Origin: Bacteroidota bacterium
GTDB taxonomy: Bacteria; Bacteroidota; Bacteroidia; NS11-12g; UBA955
Reading direction: 5' to 3'
Assembly (NCBI GenBank): GCA_016787485.1
Contig: JAEUUL010000022.1
Location: forward strand, 51,887-115,886
DNA length: 64,000 nt
Of this stretch, positions 18,257 to 28,245 are shown one piece after another. Numbering within the stretch: position 1 is the first letter of the stretch; every line of letters starts with the position of its first letter. The position numbers and the translations under genes were made by a program. Below the pieces are notes generated by a model, which was given only the letters and a program-made list of their open reading frames with translations, had not been told where the DNA came from and ran no database searches.

Positions 18257-20185
18257 TCAGGAATCCTGCAGCCCCATCCATTCTTCCATCACGGCATCAT
18301 AGGTCTTTTGATTGCTTGCAATCTGGCCTTCAATTTTCTGAAACAATTCAGTTAATTCCTGAATTTTTTGAAAATCTACCGCCACTTCTGGTGACTGCAA
18401 TTTTTCTTCCACCATGGCCTTTTCATGCTGCATTTCCTGTATGGCTTTTTCCAGATCCGCCATTTTACTCTCCAATTGGTGCAGCGTATTTTTACTCGCC
18501 TTTTTCTGGTCCGGCGAAGGCTCGCTTTCGGGAGTTACGGTCTTCTTTACATTCTCCTTTTTTGTATTCTTTGGCTCCGGGGCACGCTTGCTGTACCACT
18601 CTTCCCATTCTTCATAGGTTCCCGGATATTCGCGCAGTTTATGGTCTTCAATCCACCAGATTTTATTGGCAACCTGACTCACAAATGTGCGGTCGTGGGA
18701 GATCAGGATAAATGTACCCTTGTAATTGTTCAGTGCATCCGCCAATACGCTGGTACTGAACATGTCCAGGTGATTCGTGGGCTCATCCAGCAACAGAAAA
18801 TTGGATTGGGTAAGCAGTGTTTTGGCCAGTGCCACTCTTGATTTTTCTCCCCCGGAAAGCACTTTTACTTTTTTGAAAACCTCATCGCCGGTAAAGAGAA
18901 AACAACCCAGTGTGGTGCGCAGTTCAGACTCGGTATATTCACCACCTACCGTAGACAATTCATTCAGCAAATCATTCTTGAGGTTCAATGCTTCCAACTG
19001 ATGCTGGGCAAAAAATGCGGGTTCTACATTCCAGCCGGTTTCTATCTCACCATCATAGGGTTCACTGCCAAAAATCATACGCAGCAAAGTACTTTTTCCG
19101 CGGCCATTCGCCCCGATCAATGCTATTTTGTCACCACGCATGATTTCTCCGGAAGCGTGATCCAGAATCTGCAATGAACCATAACTTTTGCTTACATTAT
19201 TCAGTTTGCTGATCAGTTTACCAGGCGTAACCCGAATGTTAAACCGGATGTTCATTTCCCGGGTTTCATCCTCCAGCACTTCAATTTTCTCAATTTTCTC
19301 GAGCATCTTCACCCGGCTTTGCACAGCTGTCGCCTTGCTGGCCTTGGCTTTAAACCGCTGGATAAACCGCATCTGCTGCCGGATAAAATCCTGCTGATTG
19401 TCATACCTGCGCTGCATCATTTCATCGCGTTCTTCCTTTTGTTCCAGGTACTGACTGAAATTGCCCTTGTACTGGAAAATCTGCTGATGCGCCACTTCGG
19501 CGATGCGGTTTACACAATTGTCCAGGAACAACCGGTCGTGACTCACAACCACAAATGTGCCTTTGTAATCTTTCAGATACTGCTCTATCCATTGAATGGT
19601 TGGTAAATCCAGATGGTTCGTCGGTTCATCCAATAACAGCAGGTCGGGTTGCATCAGCAGCAACTTGGCCAGCATGGCCCGCATACGCCACCCACCGCTA
19701 AACTGATTCAGGGGTTTTTGAAGTTCTTCGGTAGAAAATCCCAGTCCTTCCAGCAGCTTTTCCGCCTCAGCATGCCAGTCGTACCCACCCAGGGTGCCAA
19801 ACTGGTCCTGTAATTCGGTGAGTTTTTGAATGGTATCCACATCATGGGTAACTTCAATCTCTGCAAGTAATTTATGGATCTGCCGGTCCAGGTTTGCAAG
19901 GTCTTCGCGGCCCTGCAATACCACATCAAGCACAGGATCGGCATAGTCTATACTCAGCAAATCCTGGTTCAGAAATCCGATTCTGAGGTCGGCTGGCTTG
20001 CTGAAAGTACCTTCCCGCAACTCGTATTCACCGGAAATAACCCGCAACAATGTGGATTTCCCGGTTCCGTTTAACCCCACCAATCCTATTTTCTCTCCGG
20101 GCTTTATATGCCACGAAGCATTGCGGTACAGATATCTGCCGGCAAATTCAAAAGAGAAATCAACTAAAGCAAGCACAGGTTGCAA
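18257..20185 (-). CDS. ABC-F family ATPase (tandem ABC domains, no TMD)
   Basis: Two Walker A motifs (GLNGTGKST, GANGRGKST), two LLDEPTNHLD motifs, and a C-terminal coiled coil. Confidence 0.85.
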   Translation of the reverse strand: MQPVLALVDFSFEFAGRYLYRNASWHIKPGEKIGLVGLNGTGKSTLLRVISGEYELREGTFSKPADLRIGFLNQDLLSIDYADPVLDVVLQGREDLANLDRQIHKLLAEIEVTHDVDTIQKLTELQDQFGTLGGYDWHAEAEKLLEGLGFSTEELQKPLNQFSGGWRMRAMLAKLLLMQPDLLLLDEPTNHLDLPTIQWIEQYLKDYKGTFVVVSHDRLFLDNCVNRIAEVAHQQIFQYKGNFSQYLEQKEERDEMMQRRYDNQQDFIRQQMRFIQRFKAKASKATAVQSRVKMLEKIEKIEVLEDETREMNIRFNIRVTPGKLISKLNNVSKSYGSLQILDHASGEIMRGDKIALIGANGRGKSTLLRMIFGSEPYDGEIETGWNVEPAFFAQHQLEALNLKNDLLNELSTVGGEYTESELRTTLGCFLFTGDEVFKKVKVLSGGEKSRVALAKTLLTQSNFLLLDEPTNHLDMFSTSVLADALNNYKGTFILISHDRTFVSQVANKIWWIEDHKLREYPGTYEEWEEWYSKRAPEPKNTKKENVKKTVTPESEPSPDQKKASKNTLHQLESKMADLEKAIQEMQHEKAMVEEKLQSPEVAVDFQKIQELTELFQKIEGQIASNQKTYDAVMEEWMGLQDS

Positions 20186-20263
20186 AGGTACAACTCAGGC
20201 TTCATTCCTGCCCCGGTGAATCTAACTGAATAACCCGATGGAATTGATTATACTTGAACTCTC

Positions 20264-21106
20264 ATGCCAAAGCCTGAGGTTATTTTGTTTTACAACCCCC
20301 GTGCAGGTCGTTTCCGGCTGCACAAAGTGCTGCACATCCAACATGAACTGGAACATCTGCTGGGATCATGCCGGGCCATATCGGACATACACGAATTGCA
20401 GGAGGTGAAGCAGGCACATATTGTCATTGCCGGCGGAGACGGAACCGTACACACTGCCATCAACCATGCTGATTTGCACACCAATACCTTTTCGGTCATT
20501 GCCATGGGCAGCGGCAATGATTTTGTATGCAATTTCCCCGTCCATTCTCTGCGTGATTTGTGCCGGAATATCCTTGCAGAAAAAACAACACAGGTAGACT
20601 TACTGCAGGTGAATGATACCAGGGCCGCAGTATTGGTGGGCGTTGGCTTTGATGCTTTTGTGTCCGATAAAGCCAGAAAAAACCGCATCAAAATTCCATC
20701 GCTGAAATATCTGATTCCGGTAGCAAGATATATGTTCTTTTACAAAGGCATCCAAATGCACATTTCTGGTAAGGATTTACAGTATTCCGGAAGGGTTTTC
20801 ATGCTTTCCTGTGGCAACGGATACCGCGCAGGCGGTGGGTTCAGGTTGTTTCCCAAAGCCAGTGTTTCAGACGGAAAGATGGATGTACTGCTGATAGAAC
20901 CACCTACATTCTGGCAAAAATTAAAATATGCAGGCCTGGTGAATTTTGGAAAACATCTCAATCTGAATATTGTAAAATATATCCAAACGGATTCCATCAC
21001 CGTGCGACTGGACAATCCTGATTTTTTCAACACAGATGGCGATGTCTACACCGCTGCAGAAATGCAGATAACCATACTGCCCGGTGTGCTGAAATTGATT
21101 CAGTAA
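20264..21106 (+). CDS. Diacylglycerol kinase-family lipid kinase (YegS-like)
   Basis: GGDGT motif (HIVIAGGDGTVHTAINH). Confidence 0.8.
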   Translation: MPKPEVILFYNPRAGRFRLHKVLHIQHELEHLLGSCRAISDIHELQEVKQAHIVIAGGDGTVHTAINHADLHTNTFSVIAMGSGNDFVCNFPVHSLRDLCRNILAEKTTQVDLLQVNDTRAAVLVGVGFDAFVSDKARKNRIKIPSLKYLIPVARYMFFYKGIQMHISGKDLQYSGRVFMLSCGNGYRAGGGFRLFPKASVSDGKMDVLLIEPPTFWQKLKYAGLVNFGKHLNLNIVKYIQTDSITVRLDNPDFFNTDGDVYTAAEMQITILPGVLKLIQ

Positions 21107-21128
21107 ATGAATGCCGTGAAATACGGTG

Positions 21129-21150
21129 GCTTTATTCTTTATTTACTCCG
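21129..21150 (+). terminator. Weak putative intrinsic terminator
   Basis: ccgtgaaatacgg stem-loop followed by tggctttattcttt. Confidence 0.25.
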
Positions 21151-21210
21151 TCAGCAAGCCCGGAAAAGGTGCAATCTCACAACAAAATGATCACTGAGCC
21201 GGAATCCCTT

Positions 21211-21837
21211 TCAACCCAGAATTCCTTTTGCCAGCAAATGCAAACCCACCAAAATTAAAGCCGCAGCTACCACAGAATCCACCCTTTTTAAAATCACCGG
21301 TTTGATAAATTTTTTCAATTTATCTGCTGCTACGGCAATTCCGATTTCTGTAAAAAACACAGTTCCTACAGCACCTATTGCAAACACGATTTTATGGGGT
21401 GTGGTATAATTCAGTGCCGGAGGTATGCTGTACAAACCCAGCCACCAGGCCGCATTTGCAGGGTTCAGCAAATTGATAAAAAAGGGTTTGATAAAAAAAT
21501 CACGGGTGTGTTTCATGCCTTTCAATGGCTTATCGGTTTGATTCAGTTTGCGTTCCTGCAGGTAAGTAAATACCCCCATGATAAGCAGTACAATGCCACC
21601 TGTAATTGATACTTTATCGCTGTGCTGTGCCAGAAAACGGCTGATATAGCCCGTAAATCCTATGGCAAGAATCACGAAAACAATGTCACCGGCAATAACC
21701 CCGCTGGCAATGGTAATTCCTTTCTTATATCCATGCTTTACCCCGGTCTGAATAAGCATGAAGAAGATAACACCCAGCAGCACACTCATCAGAAATCCGG
21801 TGAGAATGCCGTATCCCAGAGGTGCAAGCCAACTCAA
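21211..21837 (-). CDS. LysE/RhtB-type translocator-like membrane protein
   Basis: About 208 aa, 6 TM helices; the size and topology fit the LysE family. Confidence 0.45.
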   Translation of the reverse strand: MSWLAPLGYGILTGFLMSVLLGVIFFMLIQTGVKHGYKKGITIASGVIAGDIVFVILAIGFTGYISRFLAQHSDKVSITGGIVLLIMGVFTYLQERKLNQTDKPLKGMKHTRDFFIKPFFINLLNPANAAWWLGLYSIPPALNYTTPHKIVFAIGAVGTVFFTEIGIAVAADKLKKFIKPVILKRVDSVVAAALILVGLHLLAKGILG

Positions 21838-21838
21838 A

Positions 21839-22228
21839 TCAATATGGCTTTAATTGAAACTCCAGCTGTGATTGTTTGTTCCGGATCCAGAATTCCTTGC
21901 GGGTCATTTTGCGGATTTCGAACAACTGTCTTTCGCCGTCATCGTAATCGATCACAAAATCCTTGTCAGATGTCATGGTTCCCCATACTCCAAGCCTCTT
22001 TACCTTATTCACCTGCACGATAACAGAATAATTGCGGGTAAACTCCCAGATATAATCTTTATAGGCACTGGTGCTGTCTGTGGTATTGTAGGCCACCTTG
22101 GCTGCAACCCATTTGCCTTCGATTCTTTCCTTACGGGGCCACAAAGAAACGGTAGGTCCCTCTTCGTACTTACGGCAACCGGAAAACAAGAATACCGCCA
22201 AAAGGCCGGTGAGCAGATACGTTTTCAT
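21839..22228 (-). CDS. Small lipoprotein
   Basis: Start at MKTYLLTGLLAVFLFSGC. Confidence 0.45.
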   Translation of the reverse strand: MKTYLLTGLLAVFLFSGCRKYEEGPTVSLWPRKERIEGKWVAAKVAYNTTDSTSAYKDYIWEFTRNYSVIVQVNKVKRLGVWGTMTSDKDFVIDYDDGERQLFEIRKMTRKEFWIRNKQSQLEFQLKPY

Positions 22229-22318
22229 ATCGGTACAAAGGTCTGAATTATATTCGATAACCTGTGTCCACTGTCTGTTTTGGTAGACGAAAGCCCCGTT
22301 TTTCACTACCAGCGCGGG

Positions 22319-25300
22319 CTATTGCGCAATCAGGCGCGACAGACTCCAGGGATTCCACAGGTTCCAGTTCACCCTGAAATTCAGCAAATGATACCATTTG
22401 ATCTGTTTCACACCTGGAATCTGGTTGCGGGTATCTATGGCAGTGCGCAACGTTTTGCTATACACCAGTGGAAGGCTGATTTCAAAGTGGGTCACGTTTC
22501 CGGTATGGGTCCTCAGTGTAATTCCACCCACATAATCAAATTGCATTACTGAACTGCTTCCAGGGTCCCACAGCGCTGCATCTACATAAAACTGCAGCGG
22601 CAGAAATGGCAGAATGTGGGACTGTACCGTACCACCACATACCCAGTTGCTGCTCATCAACCGCGGGTAAGGCATGCGCAGGGCATTGCTTTCATTCAGC
22701 ATCTGGTAACCGTAACGCCCTTCTGTCATAAATGTGGCTGTGCGGCCGGAAATGATTTGGGTAAATCCATAATCGTTATATCCGTTTGCCCCGGTAACAG
22801 GGATACCAAAACCGCCGGCATTGCCAAATTGAAATTGTTTAAATGGCAGCGCACTGAACCAGCCCCGCAGACGCAGTCCGATATTCTTCCTGCTTTGATT
22901 GGGGTATAAGAAATAGGTTTCTCCATGCAGGTTCAGTTTGAGAAATTTCCCCGGCACAACTGCTCCCGTGCTCAGTGTTCCTGCCAATCCGCCAAACTCT
23001 GCATCGGCCTGCAGATAACCGGGCGCCAGTTTGCGCATACTCTCCCTGCGGTAGTAAACCCTCAGAAGATCATTTTCCAGATAGGGATGCGCTGTGGCAT
23101 AGCGCAGATAACCATCAACCGCGCCGGTTGAATCGTAATGCGGGCCCGTATAACTGCCACGATCCATGCGGTTGATGATCAAGGAAACACCCAACTGTGA
23201 TGAAGATTCTGCTTTGGTTCTTCTGAACCGGCTTACCCACTGCAATGCAAGATGGTTAAATGCATTCCGTTCCGGATCTGCAGCATCGGGGCTGAAATGA
23301 AAACGGGATGTACGCAGACTGATTTCTGACAGTTGAAACCTTCCCGCATTATGAAACAAATTGCGCTGAATGCCCGCGGTACCTGCAATCTGTTTGCTCT
23401 TCAGTCCGTAGAAAGGGGTTACCCACCACTCCCAGTTTCGTCGAGGAAACGTAATGTTTGTGATCAGCAATCCCGGCATCCAGCCATCGTACGGATTGAA
23501 GGCAAATGGCCAGGGAAAGACACCCAGATTGTTCTGTCCACGGGTATAAAAATACGGCAGCCCAAAATGGGGCTTGGCCCAGGTGCGAAAAATGCCATGC
23601 GTTCTGCCATCGTTGTTGGCCAGGTTCTTTTCAGGCAACCAACCGTTGCTGTTCAGCGAAACTTGCTCTGCATCCCGCGAAATCAATACTTGTGTATCCC
23701 TCCCATTCAGCCACAAATCGCGACGCACTTTGCCTGCAGTATAACTGAGTCTTACCGGCACTTGTATCGCACCCTTGTTTCTCACTTTCACCAGGTAACC
23801 CGCATTCGATTTTCGCACGGAACCCAGGGCATAATCCGGCAGAGTCCCTCCCATCAGATCCTGGAAAAACCACTTTAATGATTGGCCGGCTTCTGCCTCA
23901 AACGCATCCTGAATATCTCCGGGCAAAGGATGTCTGTATTGCCACTGACTGAAATACCGTTGAACACAACTGCGAAACAATTCATCACCGAGGTAGCTCT
24001 GCAAATAGTTCAGCCGCAGTGGATTGATGCCATATACCATGGCTCCGTAATTGAGTTGGTTATAGGTTCCCGCAGCAAGATTTCCAGGTTGATATACCCC
24101 AACATCATGCATAGCCCGCATACCGGCGTAGGCTGAAACCGGCAGTATGGGCTCTCCCGGCAGAAATTGCTTTGGCTCCTCTCCACTTACTTTTTGCTCG
24201 TAAAATGTGTTCAGACTCTCATCCATCCAGGGATAGCGCCGTTCCTGACTGCCCAGCATACCCTGAAACCAGTTGTGTCCCACTTCGTGAATAGTGGTGG
24301 TGGCGTCCGCATCGGAACAAATGGTAATCATGGGATATTCCATGCCACCGGCACTGGACAATCCACCTACAACCACGGTGCATTGCCCGTATGGATACAT
24401 CCCCGCCTTCGCTGAGTAACCCTTAAGGGCTTTGGCAATGTTTGCAGTAATCTGAGTGTATGGAGAACGGTCTGATTGAAATGGCCTGCGTAATTTCTCA
24501 CGGATAAAGAAAGCCCAGGTAGTTACCGTATGGGTGCTGTCCAACTGCACACTGCCTTTTGCCACCTCAAATTCCGGGTGGGCAAACCATGCAAAATCGG
24601 GCACCTGTTTCTGAATATAATGCAATGTTTTGCTGGCCGGTTGGTCAGCAACCCCTATATCATCCGTGCCGACCCCGGCCAATTCATCCAGCCAGAGGAG
24701 TTCATTTGTGTTCTGAAGCATCCCGGTGGCGGCAACGCGCATATTTCCGGGAAGGGTGATTTGCACATCATAATCACCAAACTCACTGTAGTACTCGCCT
24801 TGCTCCAGATAGGGCATGGTATTCCAACCATTCACATCATATACCGCCGGTTTCGGGTACCATTGTGTAGCTGCCACCAGTCTGCCCTTGTGCCCCATTC
24901 TGCTGAACAAATAAGGCAACTTAACCCTGAACGGAGTTTGGATGATATGGGATTTGCCAGGCAGAATGGGTTCCGGCAACCAGACCTGTACGATATCGCT
25001 GAAATCCGGGTGATAGGTAAACATGGCGGGCTTCCCATTCACGCGAAATGACAGGGAATCGAGTGAACCACGGTTTTCACCGGGGGCATTCAGATATTTT
25101 ATATTTCCGTTATAAAGCGCTTCTTTCCCGTATCCGCTGTTTCGTGCGGAAAATGCATTGGGCCAGATGTGAAACCACAGCGTGGACAAGGTGTCTGGCG
25201 AATTGTTTGTATATACAATCATTTCATCCGCATGCAGCGTAAAAGTCTGGGTGTCCAGTGTCACCCGGATGGTATGGTCCACCTTCTGCTGCCATGAGGC

Positions 25301-25411
25301 TTGCCGCATTTTCAGGGGCACTTTCCCCGAAGATTGTGCAAAAAGCGGGCAACCGGATGAAATGAACAGCCCCAAACCCAGCAAAACCGCTACTGCTTTG
25401 TATTTTCGCAT
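22319..25411 (-). CDS. M1-family zinc metallopeptidase (aminopeptidase N-like) with large C-terminal extension, secreted
   Basis: HEVGHNWF (HExxH), downstream WMDESL glutamate, GGMEYP (GAMEN-like); start at MRKYKAVAVLLGLGLFISSG. Confidence 0.8.
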   Translation of the reverse strand: MRKYKAVAVLLGLGLFISSGCPLFAQSSGKVPLKMRQASWQQKVDHTIRVTLDTQTFTLHADEMIVYTNNSPDTLSTLWFHIWPNAFSARNSGYGKEALYNGNIKYLNAPGENRGSLDSLSFRVNGKPAMFTYHPDFSDIVQVWLPEPILPGKSHIIQTPFRVKLPYLFSRMGHKGRLVAATQWYPKPAVYDVNGWNTMPYLEQGEYYSEFGDYDVQITLPGNMRVAATGMLQNTNELLWLDELAGVGTDDIGVADQPASKTLHYIQKQVPDFAWFAHPEFEVAKGSVQLDSTHTVTTWAFFIREKLRRPFQSDRSPYTQITANIAKALKGYSAKAGMYPYGQCTVVVGGLSSAGGMEYPMITICSDADATTTIHEVGHNWFQGMLGSQERRYPWMDESLNTFYEQKVSGEEPKQFLPGEPILPVSAYAGMRAMHDVGVYQPGNLAAGTYNQLNYGAMVYGINPLRLNYLQSYLGDELFRSCVQRYFSQWQYRHPLPGDIQDAFEAEAGQSLKWFFQDLMGGTLPDYALGSVRKSNAGYLVKVRNKGAIQVPVRLSYTAGKVRRDLWLNGRDTQVLISRDAEQVSLNSNGWLPEKNLANNDGRTHGIFRTWAKPHFGLPYFYTRGQNNLGVFPWPFAFNPYDGWMPGLLITNITFPRRNWEWWVTPFYGLKSKQIAGTAGIQRNLFHNAGRFQLSEISLRTSRFHFSPDAADPERNAFNHLALQWVSRFRRTKAESSSQLGVSLIINRMDRGSYTGPHYDSTGAVDGYLRYATAHPYLENDLLRVYYRRESMRKLAPGYLQADAEFGGLAGTLSTGAVVPGKFLKLNLHGETYFLYPNQSRKNIGLRLRGWFSALPFKQFQFGNAGGFGIPVTGANGYNDYGFTQIISGRTATFMTEGRYGYQMLNESNALRMPYPRLMSSNWVCGGTVQSHILPFLPLQFYVDAALWDPGSSSVMQFDYVGGITLRTHTGNVTHFEISLPLVYSKTLRTAIDTRNQIPGVKQIKWYHLLNFRVNWNLWNPWSLSRLIAQ

Positions 25412-25493
25412 TGGTATAAACTGTGCAAAAATACAGGGGCAATTTCCAAAGCAAGTGGAAAAAGGTTGTGAACTATGGATATTTTTGACCCCA

Positions 25494-26948
25494 ATGAGTT
25501 TATTTCCTTCCGACTGGGACGATGAAGAGGACGACGAATTCGAGGGCAATATTGAAGAGCTCGTGCGTGAATTCGAAGGAAAACAGCGTGAGGATTTCAC
25601 CTCGCGTGAATTGCTGGAAATATTCCGGTACTATTCCTACAACACAGGCATAACCGATGCTGCCCCCGGCTTTACCCGCATAAAGCGTGTGCTGGAACTG
25701 GGTATAACCCAATTCCCCTATATGCCAGTTTTCGCTATTCATCTCGCTGAGGTGCTTATACGGGAAAACAATTTCCGTATGGCCCGCAAATACATTCATC
25801 AGGCGAGGGAATACAATGCCTTTGAACCTGCCCTGTTCTTTATCGATGCAGTCATTTTTGCCCTGGAAGGCCGCACCGAAAAGGCAAATGACATGCTGAA
25901 CCGCGGATTGGAACTGGCAGGAAACGACGAAGCCGTGCTTGAGGATTTACTGGAATTGCTCATCTTCTATGGTCAATTCGACATGGCCCTGCCTGTGCTT
26001 GAAAAAAGCCTTGAGATAGGTTCCGATGTAAATTATATCATGGAAAAATGGCTCAACCATACCGAAGACAAACATCTGGTGGCAGCTGTGATTCCCATGC
26101 TCGAACGAATGGTGGATCAGTCACCGTATGCCGAAGATACATGGTATCTGCTGGGGTCGGCTTTTATGGAGCTGGAAGAACATGCCAAAGCAGAATGGGC
26201 TTTTGACTACGCGGTTACAATCAATGACACTTTCCACGAAGCCTGGATTGGGTATCTCGAGGCCGTTTATGAAAATGAAAAATACAAAGAGTTTCTGCAA
26301 CTGCTGGCAGAGCAAACTCCCCGGTTCCCGGCAGGTGCCTTTGATGAACTGCAGGGGTTACAGGCCTGGAGCCTTTATGAAACAGGAGATATAAAAGGCT
26401 CACGAACCCACTACCGTGAAGTTCTGCGCAAAAACCCGCAGGACAGTGAGAGTTGGTACAGCATGGGACTTACCTGGCACTATGAACAAAACTTCAGTGC
26501 CGCCCTGCCCTACCTGGAAAAAGCATGGGAACTCAACCCAGAGGAGGCGGACTACGGAATTGTTCTTGCGGCAGCTTACTTTGGCATGCATGAGGCCGAA
26601 AAATGGGAGGCCATCTATGAAACGCTGGCGGCCGAACATCCGAATGAAGAGGAGGTTTGGCTGGACTGGAGCCTGGCATTGTGGGAGACAGGACAAACAG
26701 ACCGTGCGCTTGAAACCACACAAAATGGATTGAAACATAACCCCGGCAATGCAAGAATCATGTACCGGCTCGCTGCCATGTGCTATCTGACCGGACAACA
26801 GGCCGCCGCAGAATATTTGCTTGAAACAGCCCTTACCTTTCATGCAGAAGACCACACACAAATGTTTATTTTTGCACCGGAATTGAAAAAGGCGGCCTCG
26901 CTGTTGCGAATCATCGCCCGATTTACCAACCCCGGACTTTCTGCATGA
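25494..26948 (+). CDS. TPR-repeat protein
   Basis: Repeated TPR-like helical units; start chosen at MSLFPSDWDDEE to avoid overlap with the divergent peptidase gene. Confidence 0.6.
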   Translation: MSLFPSDWDDEEDDEFEGNIEELVREFEGKQREDFTSRELLEIFRYYSYNTGITDAAPGFTRIKRVLELGITQFPYMPVFAIHLAEVLIRENNFRMARKYIHQAREYNAFEPALFFIDAVIFALEGRTEKANDMLNRGLELAGNDEAVLEDLLELLIFYGQFDMALPVLEKSLEIGSDVNYIMEKWLNHTEDKHLVAAVIPMLERMVDQSPYAEDTWYLLGSAFMELEEHAKAEWAFDYAVTINDTFHEAWIGYLEAVYENEKYKEFLQLLAEQTPRFPAGAFDELQGLQAWSLYETGDIKGSRTHYREVLRKNPQDSESWYSMGLTWHYEQNFSAALPYLEKAWELNPEEADYGIVLAAAYFGMHEAEKWEAIYETLAAEHPNEEEVWLDWSLALWETGQTDRALETTQNGLKHNPGNARIMYRLAAMCYLTGQQAAAEYLLETALTFHAEDHTQMFIFAPELKKAASLLRIIARFTNPGLSA

Positions 26949-27727
26949 ATAAAGAACTTTTTAATCTGACCCAATTACCCGCCCGCACTGCCAAACCCCG
27001 CCAAAACGGCCTTACCATGGTTATGGATAAAGGGCTGAGCCTGCGCGAAGTAGAAGATTTTTTAAGCAACGGAGGAGCTCATACCGATATGGTGAAACTG
27101 GGTTTCGGTACCGGTTTTGTAACCCCCCATCTGACCGATAAAATCAAAATGTATCAGTCCGCCGGTATGGCAGTGTACTTCGGTGGCACTCTCTTCGAGG
27201 CCTACATCATCCGCAACCAGTTTGACGATTACCTCCGTTTGCTGGAAAAAACCGGCATCACCCATTGCGAAGTGAGTGATGGCAGCATAGACATGCACCA
27301 TGATGAAAAATGTGAGTACATCCGCAAACTGGCCAAAGTATCCACAGTGCTTTCAGAAGTTGGCAGCAAGGATGCAGAAAAAATCATTCCGCCCTATGAG
27401 TGGATTGAGCAGATGGAAAGCGAAATCAGCGCAGGGGTTTGGAAAGTAATCGCCGAAGCAAGGGAATCCGGCACGGTCGGTATTTTTCGCGGAACAGGCG
27501 AAGTGCGCAGCGGCCTGGTAGCCGAAATCATCCGCAAAATTCCCCTCGAAACCATCTTGTGGGAAGCTCCACTCAAGGCTCAGCAGGTGTGGTTTATCAA
27601 ATTGTATGGAGCCAACGTAAATCTTGGCAACATCGCACCCGGCGAAGTGATTGCACTGGAAACCCTGCGCCTGGGACTGAGGGGAGACAGTTTTGACTTC
27701 TTCCTCAACAAGCCGGAAACAGTTTAG
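26945..27727 (+). CDS. (2R)-phospho-3-sulfolactate synthase (ComA) family protein
   Basis: The 260 aa length and sequence pattern fit the ComA family; its start overlaps the TPR gene stop (ATGA). Confidence 0.6.
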   Translation: MNKELFNLTQLPARTAKPRQNGLTMVMDKGLSLREVEDFLSNGGAHTDMVKLGFGTGFVTPHLTDKIKMYQSAGMAVYFGGTLFEAYIIRNQFDDYLRLLEKTGITHCEVSDGSIDMHHDEKCEYIRKLAKVSTVLSEVGSKDAEKIIPPYEWIEQMESEISAGVWKVIAEARESGTVGIFRGTGEVRSGLVAEIIRKIPLETILWEAPLKAQQVWFIKLYGANVNLGNIAPGEVIALETLRLGLRGDSFDFFLNKPETV

Positions 27728-27740
27728 ACAATTATCCCTC

Positions 27741-28202
27741 TTAGTTAAACTGTCGCATTACGCGCAACAGATTCGGGTAGTCCTGGTAGCCGATAATATT
27801 GGCAAGTACCGAACCGTTCTTGAAACAAATCACAGTGGGATAGCCTTCCAGGTTGTATCTGCCGGAGATTTCAGGCTGGGCTTCCGCATCCACACTCAGC
27901 ACAATCACACTGTCGGCTTTCTCTGTTTTCAGCCGGGCAATAAAGGGAGCCATCCGCTTGCATGGACCACACCAGGTGGTGTAAAAATCCACCATAACCA
28001 GTTTCTTGCCTTTAATGGTTTTATCGAATTCTGCCAGGGTAATCGGCCCGTCATGAGCAACGCTGTTATCTGCGGTTGCAGCAGTGGTTTGTGCAGGCTC
28101 ATCGTTTACTACCTCTTCACTGCGCTGGTTGCAGGCATACAATACATACACTCCTGCCAGGGCGGCAACTGCCATTCCGGTTTTCAAAATCGGGTTTTTC
28201 AT
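27741..28202 (-). CDS. Thioredoxin-family protein (secreted)
   Basis: WCGPCK active site; N-terminal signal peptide. Confidence 0.8.
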   Translation of the reverse strand: MKNPILKTGMAVAALAGVYVLYACNQRSEEVVNDEPAQTTAATADNSVAHDGPITLAEFDKTIKGKKLVMVDFYTTWCGPCKRMAPFIARLKTEKADSVIVLSVDAEAQPEISGRYNLEGYPTVICFKNGSVLANIIGYQDYPNLLRVMRQFN

Positions 28203-28245
28203 GGTTTACAAAGTTACTTGGTTCAAATGCAATAATTTTGCCATA

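Noticed and set aside
23333-25051. Several 170-180 aa + strand ORFs
   Set aside because: They are antisense to the M1 peptidase gene (HEVGHNWF on the - strand).
25182-25493. N-terminal extension of the TPR protein ORF
   Set aside because: It would overlap the divergent M1 peptidase coding region by about 230 nt. The in-frame Met at 25494 gives a sensible intergenic promoter region.
27693-28235. 180 aa + strand ORF
   Set aside because: It is antisense to the thioredoxin gene (WCGPCK), so it is a shadow ORF.
28084-28245. N-terminal extension of the GT2 ORF
   Set aside because: It overlaps the thioredoxin gene on the other strand. The canonical GT2 N-terminus MSTPPDLSIVIPVYNEE starts at 28246.
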